This document shows positions 9,407-18,342 of a DNA stretch of 64,000 nucleotides, in pieces. The translations under genes were made by a program, and so were the position numbers. How positions within the stretch are numbered: position 1 is the stretch's first letter; each line of letters begins with the position of its first letter. The stretch covers positions 180,472 to 244,471 of the forward strand of contig JACRJU010000013.1 in assembly GCA_016219925.1 (NCBI GenBank), in the 5' to 3' direction. This stretch comes from Candidatus Uhrbacteria bacterium (GTDB lineage Bacteria > Patescibacteriota > Patescibacteriia > UBA9934 > GWF2-40-263). The notes below the pieces were generated by a model that did not search any database, had not been told where the DNA came from, and saw only the letters and a program-made list of their open reading frames with translations.

Positions 9407-10912
9407 ATGGCAACAAAAACAGAAATTTTGGACGCTCTCAAAAAATCGCTCGAGCATTTTCACGCGGAAGCAAAGGAAGAGCATGTCGGCACCGTTATCG
9501 CGGTGGGCGATGGCACGGCGCGTATGACCGGGCTTTCCCAAGCACGCGCTTCCGAAATGCTTGAATTTCCCGGAGGCATCTACGGCGTCGCTTTGAACCT
9601 GGAGCAAGACGGGGTTGGCGCCGTTATTTTGGGTGATGCTTCTGCCATCAAAGAAGGCGACACAGTGAAATCAACCGGCCGTATTCTTTCCATTCCCGTT
9701 TCTGATGCGGTGCTCGGTCGTGTGCTTGATCCTTTGGGAAATCCGATTGACGGCAAAGGAAAATTAACGGCAACGAAGTTTTATCCGATTGAAAAAATCG
9801 CGCCGGGCGTGATGACGCGTAAAGGCGTTGGCGTGCCTTTGCAAACAGGAATTAAGGCGATTGATTCGATGATTCCGATCGGCCGCGGCCAGCGCGAGCT
9901 CATCATCGGGGATCGTCAAACCGGTAAGACCGCTATCGCCATTGATACGATCATCAACCAAAAAGGATTGGGGGTGAAATGTATTTATATTGCGGTCGGA
10001 CAAAAAGAATCGAAGATTGCGAAGATCGTCGCGCGCCTCGAGGAGTCCGGTGCTATGGAATACACCACGGTGGTGGTGGCTGGCGCGTCCGATCCAGCTT
10101 CGCTTTCTTACATCGCGCCATTTGCCGGATGCACCATTGGAGAATATTTCATGGAAAAAGGAGAAGATGCACTTGTCATTTACGACGATTTGTCCAAACA
10201 GGCCTGGGCCTACCGCGAAATTTCGCTTTTGCTTCGCCGCCCGCCGGGTCGCGAAGCCTATCCCGGCGATGTGTTTTATCTTCACTCACGATTGCTTGAG
10301 CGCGCGGCTCGTTTGAATGAAGAGAACGGCGGCGGATCGCTCACAGCGCTTCCCATCATTGAAACGCAAGCCGGCGATGTCTCGGCCTACATTCCAACAA
10401 ATGTCATTTCTATTACCGATGGACAGATTTATCTGGAATCCGATTTGTTTTATCGCGGGATTCGTCCGGCGCTCAATGTGGGATTGTCTGTTTCCCGCGT
10501 CGGTTCTTCGGCGCAAACCAAGGCCATGAAAAAAGTGGCGGGAAAATTACGCTTGGATCTCGCGCAATTCCGCGAACTCGAAGCGTTTGCCCAGTTCGCA
10601 ACCGATCTTGATCCTCAAACGCGCGCGCAGATCGAGCGCGGCCGTCGCACCACCGAACTGCTCAAACAGCCTCAATATCAACCGATGCCATTTGAACAAC
10701 AGGTCACGGTGCTGTTTGCGGTAACTCAAGGGTTGATCGATCAGATTCCTGTTGACCAAATGACCGTTTGGGAAAAAGCGTTCCACGCGTATATGCTTTC
10801 TTCAGGGGCTGAAACGCTTAAGAAATTGCGGGAAGAGAAGGAAATCACCGATGAGATTGAGGTCTTGTTGAAAAAGGATATTGCGAATTTTAACGAAACA
10901 TTCACTTCATAA
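9407..10912 (+). CDS. atpA: ATP synthase F1 subunit alpha
   Basis: GDRQTGKT and [15 protein letters not shown] motifs. Confidence 0.98.
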   Translation: MATKTEILDALKKSLEHFHAEAKEEHVGTVIAVGDGTARMTGLSQARASEMLEFPGGIYGVALNLEQDGVGAVILGDASAIKEGDTVKSTGRILSIPVSDAVLGRVLDPLGNPIDGKGKLTATKFYPIEKIAPGVMTRKGVGVPLQTGIKAIDSMIPIGRGQRELIIGDRQTGKTAIAIDTIINQKGLGVKCIYIAVGQKESKIAKIVARLEESGAMEYTTVVVAGASDPASLSYIAPFAGCTIGEYFMEKGEDALVIYDDLSKQAWAYREISLLLRRPPGREAYPGDVFYLHSRLLERAARLNEENGGGSLTALPIIETQAGDVSAYIPTNVISITDGQIYLESDLFYRGIRPALNVGLSVSRVGSSAQTKAMKKVAGKLRLDLAQFRELEAFAQFATDLDPQTRAQIERGRRTTELLKQPQYQPMPFEQQVTVLFAVTQGLIDQIPVDQMTVWEKAFHAYMLSSGAETLKKLREEKEITDEIEVLLKKDIANFNETFTS

Positions 10913-10918
10913 TTTCCT

Positions 10919-13175
<2,257 letters not shown>

Positions 13176-13220
13176 ACCGGTCTATAATAATCATCAAAGC
13201 GGGTCCTGTCGCACGCCGGC

Positions 13221-13358
13221 CAGTGGGGGCCCGGCTGGCCATTTTCCCATCCGTGCTCGCAAGCTGCGCGCGGATGGGTGCCCCATGGCCGCCTCCCCAC
13301 TGGCCGTGACGGCTTATTCATTCGCAATGCGACTTTATTGCCTGAGCCTGTCGAAGGC
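13221..13358. repeat. Hairpin repeat family B, copy 2
   Basis: Same-orientation copy of 6601-6738. Confidence 0.95.
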
Positions 13359-13468
13359 AATGACGATCCCTCCGACACGGTTTTTGTCAGAACCACTGGT
13401 CTCGCAGTTTCTCCTTTCGTTTCTCTTTATCCCCCGAGCTTGTCGAGGGGGGTGCACGTAGCATCTGA

Positions 13469-13543
13469 AAGCGATTTGTAACCATGTCGGAGGGAACGAC
13501 GGCGATGAGTCCGTCGGCCCGGAGACATGGTTACAAATCGCTT
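13469..13543 (-). repeat. Hairpin repeat family A, copy 2 (inverted orientation)
   Basis: 20-bp perfect stem AAGCGATTTGTAACCATGTC/GACATGGTTACAAATCGCTT with the core on the minus strand. Confidence 0.95.
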
Positions 13544-13555
13544 CCCATTCAACAT

Positions 13556-13993
13556 ATGCCTCTCTCGCTCAAAATTGTGACCCCGGAACGCGTGGTCTTT
13601 GAAGACACGGTTGATTCGGTGACGGCGACGACACAGATGGGTGAAATCACCATTTTGCCGCATCATATTCCCCTTGTTGCGAATCTTCAGGCGGGCGAAC
13701 TTCGGGTTCGATCCAACGGGGACGAGCAATTTTTGGTGGCGTCGACCGGTTTTTTGGAAGTGCGGAGCGGTAATGAAGTGGTGATTTTAGCGGATACCGC
13801 TGAACGGGTGGAAGAATTAGAACTTGAAAAAATCGAAGATGCGCGCGAACGGGCTCGTCAGCTGCTTGAAGAAAAACGTCACATCGATGATGTGGCTTTT
13901 GCCGATGCCGCAGCCGTGTTAGAGCGCGAATTAGCGCGCTATCGCGTGGCCATCAAACGAAAAAAATACCGCGATGTCGGTAAGACAAGCTAA
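13556..13993 (+). CDS. atpC: ATP synthase F1 subunit epsilon
   Basis: LKIVTPE, GEITILPHHIPL, GFLEV and ILADTAE motifs. Confidence 0.97.
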   Translation: MPLSLKIVTPERVVFEDTVDSVTATTQMGEITILPHHIPLVANLQAGELRVRSNGDEQFLVASTGFLEVRSGNEVVILADTAERVEELELEKIEDARERARQLLEEKRHIDDVAFADAAAVLERELARYRVAIKRKKYRDVGKTS

Positions 13994-13998
13994 CTTCT

Positions 13999-14790
13999 AT
14001 GTCTTTTGAAACTATGAGTATGGAGCACGAACACGAAGCTTTTGAAAAAGAAAAATCCTGGAAAGATCAAGACGCCATGATTCAGCAAATTCTGCAAGAG
14101 GGCATGCAGGCATACGTTACCGAATTAGAGGATGCCGAACAGGCTTTTGAAACCAGCGAGCACACCCTCTGTTGTATTGATGAAGGGGTTCCCGCGGGTG
14201 ATATGCGAAGCGCTGGCTCCGGGATCTTACTTGTAGGAGCCGATCGCGCGGCGTTTATCGAAGAACTGAAAAAGGCTGGAGTGAAAGAAGTCACAAGCCA
14301 TGTCGGTTGTGGAGCCGCGGCGCTTTATCGTGAACAAAGGGGACTGACCGATCAGACCGTTGACGACGTGGCAATGGAAGGAGCGCGGCGTATGGCTGAA
14401 GAACTCGGGGTTCCATATAAGGGACACATTAACCAGCTTAGACGTCCCAAAGAATTTCATCATGCCCGTGTCGTGTATGTGGATGGAACAGGTGTCTTCA
14501 ATCCGGACAGCGTTAAAGGTTTGCCACAGGGGTTCGTGGTCAGCGAGGCGTATATGACATCCACGCAGGCCGCTTCAGAGGTTGGTCTTGCGGCGAGCAT
14601 TGCTCTGGGAGATCATGGTTTTGGGAAAAAGTTTACAAATGAGTCGCCGTTGTTGGTCGTTTTGGTTGGGGATGAATTTTCCGATGAACTGGTTGGTGAG
14701 CTTCAAAAAACTTTGCGTGACAAACCGATCAAAATGGAAGTCTGGAAGCGTCCAGTGAAACAAGAAGTTGAACTTCCGAAGGCCGCATAG
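13999..14790 (+). CDS. Putative beta/zeta-carbonic-anhydrase-fold Zn protein
   Basis: CIDEG (CxD) and SHVGCGAA (HxxC) ligand motifs; starts 5 nt after atpC. Confidence 0.55.
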   Translation: MSFETMSMEHEHEAFEKEKSWKDQDAMIQQILQEGMQAYVTELEDAEQAFETSEHTLCCIDEGVPAGDMRSAGSGILLVGADRAAFIEELKKAGVKEVTSHVGCGAAALYREQRGLTDQTVDDVAMEGARRMAEELGVPYKGHINQLRRPKEFHHARVVYVDGTGVFNPDSVKGLPQGFVVSEAYMTSTQAASEVGLAASIALGDHGFGKKFTNESPLLVVLVGDEFSDELVGELQKTLRDKPIKMEVWKRPVKQEVELPKAA

Positions 14791-14805
14791 GCCTTCTTTT
14801 TTTTT
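14778..14805 (+). terminator. Intrinsic terminator ending the atp transcript
   Basis: GAAGGCC-GCATA-GGCCTTC-T9; the stop codon lies within the hairpin. Confidence 0.85.
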
Positions 14806-14808
14806 CTC

Positions 14809-14837
14809 TTGACGGTTATCTTCACTTCAGGTAATAT
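14809..14837 (+). promoter_or_regulatory. Sigma70 promoter
   Basis: TTGACG-17-TAATAT. Confidence 0.75.
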
Positions 14838-14875
14838 TTTACACCGTTCGTTCAACCCACAACCACAGGTGAGCC

Positions 14876-15490
14876 ATGGGACGATTGTCCACGTTTGACA
14901 GGGAAGTGATTGGCATCCTTCGAGAGGAGAACGTCCTGCAAGACGGCGAAGCGCACCTGCTTGAGTCGCCCACGGGTGTGATCGTGGTGGCCTGTTCGGA
15001 CGGCGACCAGATGCCGGACATCTTCGACCACTATCGGGACCTCGCGCGGGCGGGGGAATGGCCCGTGCGCCCGCACATGCTCTGCCTGCACGGTGGAGCC
15101 ATGCTGATCGCGCCCGACTGCCCGCTCTACCGCGCGTTCCACGTGGACGAACTGCTCCTTCAGCACATCCGCGAGGCCGAGGGACTCGACCTCAAGGGGA
15201 TCGGCACGGTCGTGCTCTACGTGCATGCCCCCTGTGGCGCGGCCGGCTTGGCGAACCTGACGGTCGTCAACCAGCTCGACATGCTCATGCGCGCCAAGGC
15301 TCGCGTCAAGGCGATCGATATGACCAATAGGGTCATCTGTTTCGTCCACGTCGACTACGGCAACGAGGGCAACGGAAGCCATAGACGTCGCACGTACTTC
15401 ATGTCCGCGGCGGGCTGGGCCGAGTTCTGGAACCGTCAGGGCCACGAGTTGTGGGGGCGCTTACTAGGTTTTCCTGTGTCGGCGAGTTGA
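14876..15490 (+). CDS. GC-rich putative beta-carbonic-anhydrase-fold protein
   Basis: VVACSDGD, HGGA and YVHAPCGAA motifs; AGGTGAG SD-like sequence. Confidence 0.6.
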   Translation: MGRLSTFDREVIGILREENVLQDGEAHLLESPTGVIVVACSDGDQMPDIFDHYRDLARAGEWPVRPHMLCLHGGAMLIAPDCPLYRAFHVDELLLQHIREAEGLDLKGIGTVVLYVHAPCGAAGLANLTVVNQLDMLMRAKARVKAIDMTNRVICFVHVDYGNEGNGSHRRRTYFMSAAGWAEFWNRQGHELWGRLLGFPVSAS

Positions 15491-15504
15491 ACAAACACCT
15501 CCTG

Positions 15505-15531
15505 ACCGTTCCTGCGAAGGGCGGTTTTTTT
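15505..15531 (+). terminator. Intrinsic terminator
   Basis: ACCGTTCCT-GCGA-AGGGCGGT followed by a T-run. Confidence 0.75.
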
Positions 15532-15619
15532 ATATCATCCAGATGTCATCCCAAGCGAGTTTGAAGAGAGCCGAAGGATTTTTCTAAATGGCTGAAAAAG
15601 AGTTATCAGCCCATCGGGA

Positions 15620-15648
15620 TTGACAAGATTGTGTAAAGTGCGTAAACT
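15620..15648 (+). promoter_or_regulatory. Sigma70 promoter
   Basis: TTGACA-17-TAAACT. Confidence 0.75.
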
Positions 15649-15693
15649 CGTCGAGAGCTGTGCACCAACCGCACAGTCTAACGGAGGAGAATC

Positions 15694-16230
15694 ATGACCT
15701 TGCAAGATCTCGTGTCTCGTGGTGTGCTCGTGCCTCGGACGGTGCGCGAGAAGAACACCAAGCCGGTCGTCGTCGTCTGCGACAGCGAGACGGTCATCGA
15801 GGGGCTGTGCGACAAGCGCGTTTCTCGGCGCGTGATCGCGAACGTCGCCGGGGTGCTCGTCGGCACCCCCGAGAGCGATCTCCAGTCCGAGATCGGCGTC
15901 GATCCGGACAAGGTTCTGTACGAACCTCTCCAGATTGCCTTCTCCAACGGGCACCGGTACATCCTGCTGGTCGTAAACCCGGACGCGGTCTGGGGGATCA
16001 TGAGTGAGATGACCAACGTCGAGCTCATTGACCACATGATGCAGGTCGCTCGCGAGATCCGGGAGCGGATGCCCCACTTCGAACTCGACTGCGTCGTCGT
16101 CAAGGGAACGAACTACGGGGAGGTCTACACGGTCAACCCCGAGGCTTGGACGCGGTTCTACGCGACGTACGAGACGCGCGTGCTCGGTCGCCAGGATGAC
16201 GGGCTGGAGCTCGTCCCCGCCACCGTCTGA
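15694..16230 (+). CDS. GC-rich orphan, probable degenerate paralog of 14876-15490
   Basis: GGAGG SD; colinear similarity by eye (VVVVCDSE, ILLVVN, AWTRFY). Confidence 0.65.
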   Translation: MTLQDLVSRGVLVPRTVREKNTKPVVVVCDSETVIEGLCDKRVSRRVIANVAGVLVGTPESDLQSEIGVDPDKVLYEPLQIAFSNGHRYILLVVNPDAVWGIMSEMTNVELIDHMMQVAREIRERMPHFELDCVVVKGTNYGEVYTVNPEAWTRFYATYETRVLGRQDDGLELVPATV

Positions 16231-16274
16231 CGCCTCGCGTCTTCACTCATGGCACCTTCGCGACTTCTTCTACT

Positions 16275-16303
16275 GCACCCGTCGTCCTCCGGGTGCCTTT
16301 TTT
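16275..16303 (+). terminator. Intrinsic terminator
   Basis: GCACCCG-8nt-CGGGTGC-CTTTTTT. Confidence 0.8.
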
Positions 16304-16341
16304 ATATTTTTTTTAATAGTCTCGCCAGCTAATCATTCATG

Positions 16342-16418
16342 AAACAGATTTGTAACCATGTCTCTGGGCCAACGGACTCATCGCCGTTGTTCCCTCCGAC
16401 ATGGTTACAAATCTGTTT
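16342..16418 (+). repeat. Hairpin repeat family A, copy 3
   Basis: 21-bp perfect stem AAACAGATTTGTAACCATGTC/GACATGGTTACAAATCTGTTT plus the core. Confidence 0.95.
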
Positions 16419-16420
16419 TA

Positions 16421-16446
16421 TAAAAAAACATCCATTCTCACGGATG
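16421..16446 (-). terminator. Intrinsic terminator overlapping the stop codon
   Basis: Minus strand CATCCG-TGAGAA-TGGATG-TTTTTTT. Confidence 0.65.
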
Positions 16447-16980
16447 CAGAATGCGGATGCGCAGACGGATGTGACTGCGCTTGGGGTTGCCGATGTAGAT
16501 CGAGTCGTAGTCCTGGAGCTCGACGTACACGTCACGCATCAGCGGCCGGGCCTTGGGTGCGCCGGTGCGCCGATGATACGTCGTGTGGCGGTCGGACATC
16601 GTACGCAGGCAAGGTTTGTCGTCCCGGCGTTCGATCACGGCCTGGATGCGCGAGAGCGTACGCTCTGCGTTCAGGCCAACCAGGAGCGGGAGCAGATCGA
16701 CTTCTGGCACGATGGGAGGAACGGTGGTGTCGTCCTTGCGACCGATGCGAAGAGGCGGGTCTCCCGCCGATTCCAGATCGAAGGTAAACGAGATCGGCAC
16801 ATCGCCTGCAACCAGCTCTCGATCACCCACCTGTTCAACGATGATCTCCATGGTGGCAACGGGCTGTTGCACAGCGACGATCGCCTTTGGTTGCGACGGG
16901 GGGGACAGGGGACTCCCATCCTGATCGCACACGAGCGTGCCGTTCTTGAAGTGCTTGCCGCATGAGGGGCAGGTGATCAT
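16438..16980 (-). CDS. Zinc-ribbon plus FHA-like domain protein (GC-rich)
   Basis: CPSCG...CDQDG ribbon; IGRKD, PEVDL, LSRIQA and LQDYDSIYIG match the FHA layout; ATGA overlap with the vWA gene. Confidence 0.65.
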   Translation of the reverse strand: MITCPSCGKHFKNGTLVCDQDGSPLSPPSQPKAIVAVQQPVATMEIIVEQVGDRELVAGDVPISFTFDLESAGDPPLRIGRKDDTTVPPIVPEVDLLPLLVGLNAERTLSRIQAVIERRDDKPCLRTMSDRHTTYHRRTGAPKARPLMRDVYVELQDYDSIYIGNPKRSHIRLRIRILHP

Positions 16981-18254
16981 GGCTTCTCCTCATCCGTTCC
17001 ACTGTGTTGCGGAAAGTGCATGGTGTGAACCACGCTGACCGAACCGCCCGTGAGCGTTTCGCTTCCGCGATCGACTGCGGCGCGGCTGTGCGTTCCACGC
17101 GCGAGGTGATCGACCATGGTGCGCAAGGCAGTGGCTGTGGCATGGTCGCCGGCACGTTCGTAGACGACCGAGGCGCCATTGAGGTCGCCGCGATCAGCCA
17201 TCTCCGCCCCGGCCATGTGTTGGGCGACCCTGATCACTTCTGGGTCGGGTTCGGTCTGTGCGGCCTCGTCCCACGTGAACGTTGCGTCGACAGAGAGGTC
17301 GCAGGTGAACGAATTGCCGCTCGAACCGGCTTCCGTGCCGGCAAGCGACAGCTTCAGGATTGGGTGAGTTCCGGGTTCCGGTGTCCCGACCTCGATCTCG
17401 AAGTAGTACTGCTGACCCCGCGCGCGATCGAGCGCGCCCGACGCATCGGTAAACGCGCCGTCTTGGCCGACGTTGAGCGGGCGCTGCTGGGGCATGAAGC
17501 GGGCCGCACGGATGAGGCTCGTCCCTTGCGAGATCTGTCCGGAGACGACCAGTCCTCGGACTCCGACCCCGCGCAGGAAGCCGACCTCGGAGCGGAGGTG
17601 ATCGAGCAGTTCGTCTGCTTGCATCACATGCTTGAGGAACGACCCGTTGCCGGCGCGAACCGCGAGTTGCTGCAGCAGGGCGAAGTTGTAGTCACCGCCG
17701 GTGCCGTAGACGAGCATCGGCAAGCCGTAGTCGCGCGCCCGATCGGCGCTCTTGACCAGTTGCTGGTGGTCTTGGTGGACGTTCACCGTGCTCTCGCCGT
17801 CGGTGAACAGGACGAGCCGCGTCTCGAAGCGGATATCGGGGCGTGTGATGGCTTCCTCGACGCCGCCGGAGATGAACGTGTCGCCTTCCGCCTTGATGGC
17901 CGCGATGAGAGCGCGCGCGTGACTGTGAACCTTATAGTCCATGTTCGTGCTGGGCAGATCAAGATCGTGGAAGTCGGCGAACGTGATGAGCGCGAGCCGA
18001 TCCTTCGGACCAAGATCGCCGATCAGCTCACGCAGGGCAAGCCGCACGGCCTCGATCTTTCTGCCCTCCATTGAGCCGGAACGGTCGATGACCAGGCGCA
18101 GGTCGATCGGCGGAGCGTTGGGGTTGGTGGTCGCGGGACGAATGTCCACGAACACCGGCACGACAACAGGACCCCCGTCGATGTGTGTGACTTCACGACC
18201 CAGATGCACGGTTACATGCACGTGAGTCAACTTGTGAACGAGCTGGGTACCCAT
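16977..18254 (-). CDS. von Willebrand factor A domain protein (GC-rich)
   Basis: MIDAS motif IDRSGSM, GDT and LFTDG; GGAGG SD. Confidence 0.85.
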   Translation of the reverse strand: MGTQLVHKLTHVHVTVHLGREVTHIDGGPVVVPVFVDIRPATTNPNAPPIDLRLVIDRSGSMEGRKIEAVRLALRELIGDLGPKDRLALITFADFHDLDLPSTNMDYKVHSHARALIAAIKAEGDTFISGGVEEAITRPDIRFETRLVLFTDGESTVNVHQDHQQLVKSADRARDYGLPMLVYGTGGDYNFALLQQLAVRAGNGSFLKHVMQADELLDHLRSEVGFLRGVGVRGLVVSGQISQGTSLIRAARFMPQQRPLNVGQDGAFTDASGALDRARGQQYYFEIEVGTPEPGTHPILKLSLAGTEAGSSGNSFTCDLSVDATFTWDEAAQTEPDPEVIRVAQHMAGAEMADRGDLNGASVVYERAGDHATATALRTMVDHLARGTHSRAAVDRGSETLTGGSVSVVHTMHFPQHSGTDEEKP

Positions 18255-18281
18255 GGGAACCTCCGTGGAGTGGGTGCACGG

Positions 18282-18332
18282 ACGTTAGGTCATTTTAGCC
18301 TTTTTGTCAACCCGTTGATGAGCCGGTATACT
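18282..18332. promoter_or_regulatory. Divergent promoters sharing one -35 element
   Basis: TTGTCAA at 18304-18310 gives plus TTGTCA-17-TATACT and minus TTGACA-17-TAACGT. Confidence 0.65.
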
Positions 18333-18342
18333 GAACGTCTTG

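Noticed and set aside
13484-13555. N-terminal extension MSEGTTA.. on AtpC and similar MSEGTAARS peptides in other ORF-track entries
   Set aside because: These are translations of the family A repeat, not conserved protein sequence
16342-16418. Family A as integron attC sites
   Set aside because: The AAC/GTT pair seen in copies 2 and 3 is absent from copies 1, 4 and 5, there are no consistent extrahelical bases, and no intI is present
16339-18074. Plus-strand ORFs 16339-16965 and 17004-18074
   Set aside because: They are antisense to the vWA and FHA genes, which have motifs, SD, promoter and terminator
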